Part shown: positions 36,792 to 45,691 of the stretch, piece by piece
Numbering within the stretch: position 1 is the first letter of the stretch
Layout: every line of letters starts with the position of its first letter
Position numbers and translations under genes: made by a program
Origin: Candidatus Latescibacterota bacterium
GTDB taxonomy: Bacteria > Latescibacterota > UBA2968 > GCA-2709665
Length of the DNA: 64,000 nucleotides
Reading direction: 5' to 3'
Assembly: GCA_965219995.1 (NCBI GenBank)
Contig: CBDCOX010000002.1
Location: 2,656,001-2,720,000 of the forward strand
Notes under the pieces: generated by a model
The model's database searches: none
What the model saw: only the letters and a program-made list of their open reading frames with translations
What the model was told of the DNA's origin: nothing

Positions 36792-38117
36792 ATGGATGAG
36801 ACAACGGCCGAAAGCGGACCTTCGGTACGGGAACGATATCGGGCGGCGAGCCCGCGTTCCCGGGCGGCTTTCGATCGGGCCAATGCGGTGATGCCCGGCG
36901 GGGTGAAGGGCGCGTACTATTACGAGCCCTATCCACTGACCGTCGTGCGCGGCGAGGGGTGTTTCGTTACCGACCTGGACGGCCGCAAGCTGGTGGACTT
37001 CAACAACCACCATACGGCGCAGATTCTGGGCCATAACCATCCGGCGGTCGTAGCCGCCGTGCAGGGACAGGTTTCCCGTGGCATCGCGCTCAGCGCGCCC
37101 GCGGGGGTAGAGACAGAGCTGGCCGAAGAGATGTGCGGGCGCGTGAAGTCCGTGGAAAAGATCCGGTTCTGCAATTCCGGCACCGAAGCGACCCTGCACG
37201 CCATTCGCCTGGCGCGGGGCGTCAGCGGCCGGACGAAAATCGCCAAGTTCGAGGGCGGGTACCACGGCAGCCACGACGTGGTGGAGGTGAGCGTGGCGCC
37301 CCCGCTGGAAAAGGCGGGCCCCGCGTCGGCTCCGCATTCGGTTTCCACCGCGGGCGGGGCATCGCCGAACGCGGCCGGCGAGGTGGTGGTCCTGCCGTAT
37401 AACGACGAAAACGCCGTAGAGAGACTGCTCGCACGATATCGACGCGAACTGGCCTGTGTGATCTTCGACCCCAGGGCCGGCATCTTGTCTCAGCGCGCGG
37501 AGTTTGCGCAGTTCGTCTGTGACATGGCGCGCCGGAACAATATGCTTGTGATATTCGACGAGATCGTGGGGTTCCGGGTCGGCGCGGGGGGTCTGCAGGA
37601 ACACTACGGCATCGCGCCCGACCTGACCACGTTCGGAAAGGTCATCGGCGGCGGGTTTCCGGTGGGGGCCTTCGGAGGCCGGGCCGACCTGATGGATCGC
37701 TTCGATTCGTCCCGGGGGCCGACAGGCTTCTTTCAGAGCGGCACGTTCAGCGGGCATCCTGTGGCCATGGCCGCGGGCCTGGCGACCCTGAAGCAGTTGA
37801 CGCCGGACGTGTTCGCGCACCTGAACCGGCTGGGAGAGCGGCTTCGGGACGGGTTGAACCGGCTGTTTTCAAATGGAATCGCGGATGCGACGGCGGTCGG
37901 CGTCGGCTCCCTGTTCAGCATTCACTTTTCGTGCGAAGAGATGCTGAATTACCGCCACCTGGCGGGAACGGACAAGGCGGCGGCGCACCGGCTGTTGCTC
38001 GGTCTGATCGAAGAGGGATATTACCTGGGGAACGGGTTGGTGATGTGCGCCGTCTCCGCGCCGATGGACGAGAGCCACGTGGACGGATTGATCGAGGCCG
38101 TGGGCAGGGTCGTGTAA
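36792..38117 (+). CDS. Class-III aminotransferase (GSA aminomutase-like)
   Basis: MPGGV, NSGTEA, KFEGGYHG, FDEIVGFR, FGKVIGGGFPVG, SGTFSG. Confidence 0.9.
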   Translation: MDETTAESGPSVRERYRAASPRSRAAFDRANAVMPGGVKGAYYYEPYPLTVVRGEGCFVTDLDGRKLVDFNNHHTAQILGHNHPAVVAAVQGQVSRGIALSAPAGVETELAEEMCGRVKSVEKIRFCNSGTEATLHAIRLARGVSGRTKIAKFEGGYHGSHDVVEVSVAPPLEKAGPASAPHSVSTAGGASPNAAGEVVVLPYNDENAVERLLARYRRELACVIFDPRAGILSQRAEFAQFVCDMARRNNMLVIFDEIVGFRVGAGGLQEHYGIAPDLTTFGKVIGGGFPVGAFGGRADLMDRFDSSRGPTGFFQSGTFSGHPVAMAAGLATLKQLTPDVFAHLNRLGERLRDGLNRLFSNGIADATAVGVGSLFSIHFSCEEMLNYRHLAGTDKAAAHRLLLGLIEEGYYLGNGLVMCAVSAPMDESHVDGLIEAVGRVV

Positions 38118-38162
38118 TTCCAGGGACGAATGAGCGGGAAGTTGAAACCGGAGGAACGTCAC

Positions 38163-38930
38163 ATGCGATATATCGACACGCACGCCCATCTGGGGCCGTG
38201 GTTCGACGACATTACAACGTTTACGGCCGAGGGCTTCGTGGCGCTGCAGGAGCGCGCGGGCATCGAGCGGACCGTGGTCACGTCCGGCTCCGCCCTGTTT
38301 AACGAGTTGACGTACGGGAACGAGTGGACCATACAGCAGGCCGAGAGGCTGGAACATCTGCTCGTCTGGCTGGTTTTGAACCCGCTGAAAATGAGCGAGT
38401 CGCTGGAGTTGCTGGAGCGGTTCAAGGATCATCCCATGGTCGCCGGCATCAAAATCCACCCGGTACAGCACAAGTATCCGGCCGACATCAAGCCCACTTT
38501 CCGGCTTTTCGAGGCTTTGGAGCCGCTCGGGCTTCCCGTGCTTTCCCACGGAGAAAACGAGTCCTACGCGGCCCCGGCCCGTTTGCGGCGGCTGGCGGAG
38601 GCTTTTCCGTCGGTGACGGTGATTACGGCGCATTTCGGCGCCGGGCAGCCGGGCCAGACCTACGAAGCGATCGACGCGCTTCAGGACTGCAGAACGGGCA
38701 ACCTCTACACGGACATGGGCACCGCGCGGGCGATTCGGACCGGCATCATCGGGCTGGTTGTGCGTGAGGTGGGCGCCGACAGGGTACTGTTCGGAACGGA
38801 TTCGCCTCTGTACGAGCCCATGGCGTTCCCCACCCTGCTGGCCGCGGCGGATATTACGGAACAGGAAAGAGAGCAGATCGCCTACAAGAATGCGGAACGG
38901 CTCGTGCTGGCGCCTAAGAAGCTGTTTTAA
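38163..38930 (+). CDS. Amidohydrolase family protein (Amidohydro_2-like)
   Basis: IDTHAH, GIKIHP, AHFG, LFGTDSP; GGAGGA RBS before 38163. Confidence 0.9.
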   Translation: MRYIDTHAHLGPWFDDITTFTAEGFVALQERAGIERTVVTSGSALFNELTYGNEWTIQQAERLEHLLVWLVLNPLKMSESLELLERFKDHPMVAGIKIHPVQHKYPADIKPTFRLFEALEPLGLPVLSHGENESYAAPARLRRLAEAFPSVTVITAHFGAGQPGQTYEAIDALQDCRTGNLYTDMGTARAIRTGIIGLVVREVGADRVLFGTDSPLYEPMAFPTLLAAADITEQEREQIAYKNAERLVLAPKKLF

Positions 38931-39140
38931 AATTACCGGTGAGTTCCCGAGCACGAGCGAAAAAGTGGCGGTCAAGGCGGGAAAATCCGCCCATATTTGT
39001 CTATACGGGTGGGTTTGACCAACGCCGACCGGCGCTTTTGCAGCCGTGCGAAGACCGCTGGGAATTTTAAGACAGCTTCTAAGGGACTGTCGTAGACGTT
39101 GTCGATGATATTGAGGCCCTGGGTCCGGAGGAATGAATAG

Positions 39141-40499
39141 ATGAAACTGGACGGTCGCCGGCGGAGGCTGCTCGAGCGGACGTTTCTGGACTATCAGCAG
39201 ACGTCGGCCTTCATGGAGCATCCGTTCATCGTAAAAAAGGCGCACGGACTTCACTATTGGGATACGGAGGGCAAACGTTATTTCGACGGGATCGGCGGCA
39301 TCTTCGTGGCTTCGCTCGGACACGGCCACCCCCGGGTGCTGGAGGCGATGCGAAGGCAGGCGGAGACGCTGGGATTCTCGCCGCCCATGCACGGGCTTTC
39401 GGACGTGGCGCTGGATTTCGTCGAGAAGCTGAGCGAGGTGACGCCGGAGAATCTGAATTTCATCAAGTCCTACAGCGGCGGGTCAGAAGCGGTCGAATCC
39501 GCGCTGAAATTCACGCGGCAGTACTTCAAGCAGAGCGGCCACCCCGGCAAGTACAAGTTCGTCAGCCGATACTTCGGGTATCACGGCGCGACGTTCGGCG
39601 CAATGGCGGCCAGCGGGACGGGAAAACGCAAGACGCCGTTCGAGCCCCAGCCGGGCGGCTTTCTGAAGGTGTTCCCGCCCACGTATTACAGGGACCGGTT
39701 TGCTTCGTGGGAGGAATGCAACCGGTTCTGCGCGGAGACGTTCGAAGACGTGATCGTCAACGAAGACCCGGATACCGTGGCCGGCGTCATTCTGGAACCG
39801 ATCGGCAATACCGGGGGGATCATTACCCCGACCGAAGAGTACTTTCAGATCGTCCGTGACGTCTGCGACCGGCACAACGTGGTGTTGATCTACGACGAGA
39901 TCATCACGGGCTTCGGCAAGACCGGCTCGATGTTCGCCGCCCAGACATTCGGGGTCACGCCGGACATCATCTGCGCGGGCAAGGGGGTCTCCAGCGGTGC
40001 GTACCCCGTGGGCGCGATGATGGCGCGGGAGGATATGGGAGACGTCTTTCTCGGCCCGGTGGAGGCCGATGTCAACTTTGCCCACGGGCATACGTTTGCG
40101 GCCAATCCCGTCGCGTGCGCCGTGGGCATGGCCGTGATCGACGAAATCGTGGAGCAGGAGCTGGATCGCAAGGCCGGGGAACTCGGCCGATATCTGGCAT
40201 CGAAGCTGGAAGGCCTGAAGGACCTGGGTGTGGTGCGCGAGGTGCGGGGCCGCGGGCTATTGCAGGGCGTGGAACTGGTGAAGGATACAACGTCGATGGC
40301 GCCGTTTCCGGAACTGGGACAGGCGCTGAAGCGGACCTCGCTGCAGAACGGGTTGCTGATTCGCATCGACCCCACCTGGTTTGCCGTGAGCCCGGCGCTG
40401 ATCGTACAGCGGGAGGACATCGACGAGTTGTGCGACCTCGTACGCAAGAGCCTGGTCGACGCGCTGGAAGTTGTGAAATCGGAAAAACAGTACCGGTAG
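39141..40499 (+). CDS. Class-III (omega) aminotransferase
   Basis: SGGSEAVESALK, GYHGAT, YDEIITGFGKTG, CAGKGVSSG, HGHTFAANP. Confidence 0.93.
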   Translation: MKLDGRRRRLLERTFLDYQQTSAFMEHPFIVKKAHGLHYWDTEGKRYFDGIGGIFVASLGHGHPRVLEAMRRQAETLGFSPPMHGLSDVALDFVEKLSEVTPENLNFIKSYSGGSEAVESALKFTRQYFKQSGHPGKYKFVSRYFGYHGATFGAMAASGTGKRKTPFEPQPGGFLKVFPPTYYRDRFASWEECNRFCAETFEDVIVNEDPDTVAGVILEPIGNTGGIITPTEEYFQIVRDVCDRHNVVLIYDEIITGFGKTGSMFAAQTFGVTPDIICAGKGVSSGAYPVGAMMAREDMGDVFLGPVEADVNFAHGHTFAANPVACAVGMAVIDEIVEQELDRKAGELGRYLASKLEGLKDLGVVREVRGRGLLQGVELVKDTTSMAPFPELGQALKRTSLQNGLLIRIDPTWFAVSPALIVQREDIDELCDLVRKSLVDALEVVKSEKQYR

Positions 40500-40695
40500 A
40501 GCAAACTGTTAGTTTGCGCATCGTCGTCGGACCAGCGCCTCAAAGGTACCAAGCGGGCCTCGCGCCTTCAATTACGAACAGTCGACAGCCTGCCGGGCCC
40601 GGTGGAATCGCTCTCGTTCTGCAGCAAAGAGTCGGGGCCAACCGTGCGACCTTTGCACACAATCCGCAGGTAGATCCCTTCAAACGGAGGCGCAA

Positions 40696-41361
40696 ATGAC
40701 GACGATGAGAACGACGGCGCTGTTGTGTTTCCTGCTGCTGGCAACGCCGGCGATGATTTCTGCAGGCGAAATGGAAAGGCGATCCCGCATTGAACTCAGG
40801 ATGGGCCTGCGAAATCACGGAGGAACGACCGGAGCGGCGACAACGGTCGGTCCACTGGGTGTTGAAACGACTGCCGGTGCGGATAATGTGTTTTTCTCGT
40901 TGGGCTACTCGCACTGGATGAGGGAGAACATCGCCGGCCACGCCACGCTGGGCGTCCTGTCCGTGGAGGCGAGTTCACGTGCCGGACCTCTGGGCGTCTC
41001 CCAGAATGCGGCGGTCATCTGTCCCGTGATCGTCGGCATGAAATATTATCCGCGCAAGATGTCGCTCGACACCACGTTCATGCCCTTTCTGACCGCAGGT
41101 GTCGGGCTCATTACCGGCATTCAGTCCAGAAGCGACGTCGGTTTTCAGGTGGTGCAGGAGTCCGGCGCCATGACGACGTTTGGAAGCAAGGCGGGGGTGG
41201 GGTTCGACCTGCAGATGGGTCGGTCTTTTGTTGCGATTGCAGACCTCGGTTACAACCTGATGACGGACTTCTCAGAGGCGGTAGGCGGCCGGCGCAACTA
41301 CAGCGGGCTCGAATTCGGCCTGGGGATCGGCTGGCAATTCGGCGGGAATGTTGAAAACTAA
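40696..41361 (+). CDS. Outer-membrane beta-barrel protein (OmpW/OmpA-like)
   Basis: Signal peptide; alternating strands, PFLTAGVG, C-terminal FGLGIGWQF. Confidence 0.75.
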   Translation: MTTMRTTALLCFLLLATPAMISAGEMERRSRIELRMGLRNHGGTTGAATTVGPLGVETTAGADNVFFSLGYSHWMRENIAGHATLGVLSVEASSRAGPLGVSQNAAVICPVIVGMKYYPRKMSLDTTFMPFLTAGVGLITGIQSRSDVGFQVVQESGAMTTFGSKAGVGFDLQMGRSFVAIADLGYNLMTDFSEAVGGRRNYSGLEFGLGIGWQFGGNVEN

Positions 41362-41408
41362 AGACGACCATCTGCCCGGCCGGTGCTTATTTGAAATGCT
41401 AAGGATCC

Positions 41409-41513
41409 TGCACCTAAGCCGCTCCCTGAGCTTGTCGAAGGGTCGGCGAAGGCAGGCGAAGAGTGCAGGGCAGGTAACGAGACACGGGCATTTCGACAAG
41501 CTCAATGACCACG
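41409..41513 (+). repeat. Composite REP-like element, copy 1
   Basis: GCTCCCTGAGCTTGTCGAAGGGTCGGCGAAGG ... GGGCATTTCGACAAGCTCAATGACCACG; both blocks recur inverted at 53161-53289. Confidence 0.8.
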
Positions 41514-41671
41514 TTTAGAAGAGTTCAACAAACACCAACGAAGCGAATCGCAAATTCAGTAGCGTGAGGCATTCTGGTTTCAGTTTGGTCCGCGTGATGT
41601 CGAGCGATCTATCGGCGTAGGGATTCATCGCTGTGGTCTGGAAGGGCGAGCATTTGCCCCGCTCCCGGCTC

Positions 41672-41711
41672 TAATCCTGTTTAATCCTGTTAATCCTGAG
41701 AATCCTGATCC
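41672..41711. repeat. Short AATCCTG tandem tract (9-10 bp period)
   Basis: TAATCCTGTTTAATCCTGTTAATCCTGAGAATCCTGATCC. Confidence 0.6.
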
Positions 41712-41734
41712 GTTTTTGAATGAAAGAGGTCCTG

Positions 41735-42835
41735 ATGGCGAATTACCGCGTGGCGATCATCGGCACGGGCAGGGTGGGGTACCAGTTCAGTTTCGGGGAC
41801 CTGCCGGACAACCACGCCGACGCCCTGGGCGAACACCCGGACTGTGAACTGGTGGCGGGCGTAAACCGGGGTCGCGAAAAACTGGAGGTCTTCGGGCGGC
41901 GATACGGGATCGACGCACTGTATCACGACTACAGGCGAATGCTGGACGAAGTCAGGCCCGATATCTGCATTGTGGCCACCCACCCGGAACTGCATTGCGA
42001 AATGGTGGAAACATGCGCTGCGGCGCCCGCCACGAAAGCGATCATCTGCGAAAAGCCGATGGCCCTTTCGGTGGAAGAATGCGACCGGATGATCGACGCC
42101 TGCGACAGCACGGGCATCCTGCTGCAGATCAACCACAACCGGCGATGGTCTCCGGAGTGGAACCTGGGACTGCAGCTGCTGCGGGACGGCGCGATCGGAG
42201 AGCTGAACCACGTCTACTGCTATATGGACGGCGGCAAGCCGGACCCGTCATGGCGAAGCGAGAATGAGGGTCCGTTTCTGCACGACTTTACCCACTACTT
42301 CGACCTGATGGACATGTACGCGGGCGAGGTGGCCTGGCTTTGCGGGATGGCCGAGCAGCGGATGCGTCCCTGGGCCGTGGAGGACTTCGGCGCGGCGATC
42401 ATGAAATTCAGGAACGGTGCGACGGGTCTGGTCCACGGCGCCGAGTTGACATCCTATACGGACAATGCGTTCGAGTTGCGCGGGACCGAGGGCGTGATCC
42501 GCTTTCTGGGAGAACGGGTCCATCTCTATTGCGCGGTAGAGGACGACTACGAACCGGACAGCGGGTTTCAGTGGCATTCCCTGAAGGACACGCCCGTCGA
42601 CCATCCATCGCCCGCGTCAACTTACGTTCTGGCGCTGAACGAGCTTGTCGACGCGCTGGAGGACCGCGGGGAATTGCGCAGCGACGGGCGGGTGGGACTC
42701 AGGTCTCTGGAGATGGTGATGGCGATCTACCAGTCACAGCTGACGGGAAATCGGCCCGTGGATTTCCCGCTTGAAGCGCGCGGATCGGGTGTGGCGGCCC
42801 TGCGGGATGCGGGACAGTTTGTGGATCGGCAATGA
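41735..42835 (+). CDS. Gfo/Idh/MocA family oxidoreductase
   Basis: VAIIGTG, CEKPMA, INHNRRW, HDFTHYFD. Confidence 0.93.
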   Translation: MANYRVAIIGTGRVGYQFSFGDLPDNHADALGEHPDCELVAGVNRGREKLEVFGRRYGIDALYHDYRRMLDEVRPDICIVATHPELHCEMVETCAAAPATKAIICEKPMALSVEECDRMIDACDSTGILLQINHNRRWSPEWNLGLQLLRDGAIGELNHVYCYMDGGKPDPSWRSENEGPFLHDFTHYFDLMDMYAGEVAWLCGMAEQRMRPWAVEDFGAAIMKFRNGATGLVHGAELTSYTDNAFELRGTEGVIRFLGERVHLYCAVEDDYEPDSGFQWHSLKDTPVDHPSPASTYVLALNELVDALEDRGELRSDGRVGLRSLEMVMAIYQSQLTGNRPVDFPLEARGSGVAALRDAGQFVDRQ

Positions 42836-42863
42836 GCGTCAAACGGCACGAGAAAGGATCGCG

Positions 42864-44699
42864 ATGGCGGCATCCGATGTAAGGGGATCGTGGATTGAGT
42901 ACGACGTGATCGTCCGCAGGAACGTGATGGTGCCCATGCGGGACGGTGTCAGGCTGGCGACCGATCTGTATTTCCCGGCGAAGCACGGGAACATCGTACA
43001 GGGCGCGTTTCCGGCGGTGATCGAGCGTACCCCCTACGACAAAGAATCCAAGTTCAGCGAAGGCCGGTATCTCGCGCGGAGAGGGTACGTGGGCGTGCGG
43101 CAGGACGTCCGGGGACGGTTTGAGTCGGAAGGCGTGTGGCATCCGTTTGCTAAGGAGGCGCCGGACGGGTACGATACCGTGGAATGGGTGGCCGCGCAGC
43201 CCTGGTGCGACGGAAACGTGGGTACCATGGGCGGGTCTTACTGTGGAAGCGACCAGAGCGCGCTTGCCACCCTGGATCCGCCCCATCTGAGAGCCATGGT
43301 CGTCGCGGTTGGGACGTCGAACTATCACACCAGTTCGATGCGGCAGAACGGCGCCCTGGAACTGCGGTTCATGATATACGCCTTCCGCATGGCGACAACC
43401 AGCAGGGAGGCGCTCGCGGATGCGGCGCTGAAGGCCGCATTGGACGCGGATTTCGCGAGAGTCGGCGAATGGCTGACGCGGACGCCCTACAGGAAGGGAT
43501 CTTCCGCCCTGCGGTTTCTGCCATCCTATGAACAGTGGGTCCTGGATCTTCTGGGTGAAGGCGATTTCAACGACTACTGGAAGCAGCGGGGATACGCGAT
43601 CGACCACTACTACGACGAACACGCGGACGTGCCCACGATTTATCTGGGCGGGTGGTACGACACATATACCCGCGGGACCACGGCGAACTACGTGGCGCTG
43701 TCGAAGCGGATGAAGTCCCCGCAGCACCTGCTGATGGGTCCGTGGACCCACGGCGGCTGGGGGAACTCCTTTGCGGGAGACGTGGACTTCGGATCGGAAT
43801 CCGTCCTGGACGATTACGATGGCTACCGGCTGCGCTGGTTCGACCGCTGGCTGAAGGGAATCGACAACGGGGTCGACCGCGAAAAGCCGGTACGTATATT
43901 CGTGATGGGCGGCGGCGACGGGCGCAAAAACAGGGAGGGGCGCCTTAACTATACGGGCGCCTGGCGGGACGTGGACGACTGGCCCCTGCCCGGGACGCGG
44001 TTTACGCCGTATTACCTGCACTCGGACGGCACGATCGCAGAGGACATGCCGGAGCCCTCGGAGCCGAGTCGGTACACGTTCGATCCCCGGGACCCGGTTC
44101 CCACAATCGGCGGAAATCTGTCCGCCGGAGATCCGATCCTGGTTGCCGGCGCGTACGACCAGCGCGGCGACTCGCGCTTTTACGGATGCAGGGACAGCCT
44201 GCCCCTGTCGGCTCGCGGCGACGTCCTCGTCTTCCAGACCCCGGAGTTGGATGAAGCCCTTGAAGTAACGGGTCCGTTAACGGCGAAACTGTGGGCCTCC
44301 ACGTCGGCGACGGATACGGACTTTACGGTGAAGTTGATCGACGTGCATCCCCCGAACGAGGACTACCCCGACGGATTCGCCCAGAATATCACGGACAGCA
44401 TCGTGCGGGGTCGGTACCGGCGTTCGCGGGACAAACCCGAATTGATGGCGCCGGGCGAAATCTATGAACTGGAAATCGTCATGTATCCCACTTCAACCGT
44501 CTTCGGCGAGGGGCACCGGATCCGGCTCGACGTCTCCAGCAGCAATTTCCCCAGATTCGATATGAATCCGAATACGGGTGGCGCGTTGGGGCGGGACCGG
44601 CGGGCTGTTCCGGCGGACAACGTGATTTACCATGACCCGGACCATCCATCGCATTTGATCCTGCCCATTATCCCAGGGTGTCAACAGGCAGATGGGTGA
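42864..44699 (+). CDS. CocE/NonD family hydrolase (peptidase S15-like)
   Basis: PMRDGVRLATDLY, RTPYDK, QDVRGRFESEG, GGSYCG nucleophile, GWYD, GPWTH, SSNFPRF. Confidence 0.95.
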   Translation: MAASDVRGSWIEYDVIVRRNVMVPMRDGVRLATDLYFPAKHGNIVQGAFPAVIERTPYDKESKFSEGRYLARRGYVGVRQDVRGRFESEGVWHPFAKEAPDGYDTVEWVAAQPWCDGNVGTMGGSYCGSDQSALATLDPPHLRAMVVAVGTSNYHTSSMRQNGALELRFMIYAFRMATTSREALADAALKAALDADFARVGEWLTRTPYRKGSSALRFLPSYEQWVLDLLGEGDFNDYWKQRGYAIDHYYDEHADVPTIYLGGWYDTYTRGTTANYVALSKRMKSPQHLLMGPWTHGGWGNSFAGDVDFGSESVLDDYDGYRLRWFDRWLKGIDNGVDREKPVRIFVMGGGDGRKNREGRLNYTGAWRDVDDWPLPGTRFTPYYLHSDGTIAEDMPEPSEPSRYTFDPRDPVPTIGGNLSAGDPILVAGAYDQRGDSRFYGCRDSLPLSARGDVLVFQTPELDEALEVTGPLTAKLWASTSATDTDFTVKLIDVHPPNEDYPDGFAQNITDSIVRGRYRRSRDKPELMAPGEIYELEIVMYPTSTVFGEGHRIRLDVSSSNFPRFDMNPNTGGALGRDRRAVPADNVIYHDPDHPSHLILPIIPGCQQADG

Positions 44700-45603
44700 C
44701 GATTTCGAGATCAGATACCGGGATCGGGTGTCGGGACGGCAGATAACGGAGCCGCAGTCTTACGCATTTTTTCAATGGGTATTCCAATCTTCGGTCGTGC
44801 TTGGGCTTTTCCATCTGCTGCTGAACAATTCGGTCTTCTGCAGGTTGTACGGATGGTTGCAGGCGCGCCACGGAAGTCGCCGGAAAATCTCCCGTTTCGT
44901 GCGGGACTACGGCATCGACGTGGAAGAGTTCGAAGTTCCACTGGATCGGTATCCGACCTTCAACGCGTTTTTCACTCGCCGGTTGAAACCCGGCGCCAGG
45001 CCGTTTGCCCCGGAACCCGACGCGCTGTCCTGCCCCGCGGACGGCAAGGTCCTGGTCTATCAGAAACTCCTGGAGGGCGCCCGGATCCCGGTCAAGGGGG
45101 CCTCCGTTCCCCTGCAACGCCTGCTGAACTCCGATGAAGAGGCGCGTACCTATCTCCACGGTTCTGCGCTGGTCGTGCGGCTCGCGCCCTACGACTATCA
45201 CCGGTTCCACTTTCCGGACTCCGGAACGGCCGGGCCGGCGCGCGCCCTCGCAGGGCGTTACTTTATTGTCAATCCGTTGGGCCTTGCCCGGGTGCCCGGC
45301 GTCTTCTGGCGGAACAAACGCGCGATTACGAGATTCGATTCGGACGGGTTCGGAAGGATCGCGTACGTGGAAATCGGCGGCTTTGCGGTGGGCAGCATCG
45401 TGGAGACGTACGCACCCGGCCGGGTCGACCGGGGTCAGGAGAAGGGTTATTTTCAGTTCGGGGGGTCCACGCTTGTGCTTCTGTTCGAGCCGGAAACGGT
45501 CGTCTTTGACGACGACCTGATGGAAGATTCCGGGCGCGGAATCGAAGTGCACGTACAGGCGGGCGCGAGGATCGGCGGGCGATTTCAGGACCCGAAAGAT
45601 TGA
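44692..45603 (+). CDS. psd: Phosphatidylserine decarboxylase proenzyme
   Basis: FNAFFTRRLKPGARP, PADG, RLAPYDYHRFHFP, FQFGGST self-cleavage motif. Confidence 0.9.
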   Translation: MGDDFEIRYRDRVSGRQITEPQSYAFFQWVFQSSVVLGLFHLLLNNSVFCRLYGWLQARHGSRRKISRFVRDYGIDVEEFEVPLDRYPTFNAFFTRRLKPGARPFAPEPDALSCPADGKVLVYQKLLEGARIPVKGASVPLQRLLNSDEEARTYLHGSALVVRLAPYDYHRFHFPDSGTAGPARALAGRYFIVNPLGLARVPGVFWRNKRAITRFDSDGFGRIAYVEIGGFAVGSIVETYAPGRVDRGQEKGYFQFGGSTLVLLFEPETVVFDDDLMEDSGRGIEVHVQAGARIGGRFQDPKD

Positions 45604-45691
45604 ACACGCACCGCTTGCGGATCGTCCGGTCGAAACGATCGGAACGCGTTGGACAAAGGACTTTCCATATGGGGTGAGGCGAATTCCGGCC

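Noticed and set aside
36792-38117. hemL assignment
   Set aside because: Only family-level similarity and no tetrapyrrole gene context, so the symbol is withheld
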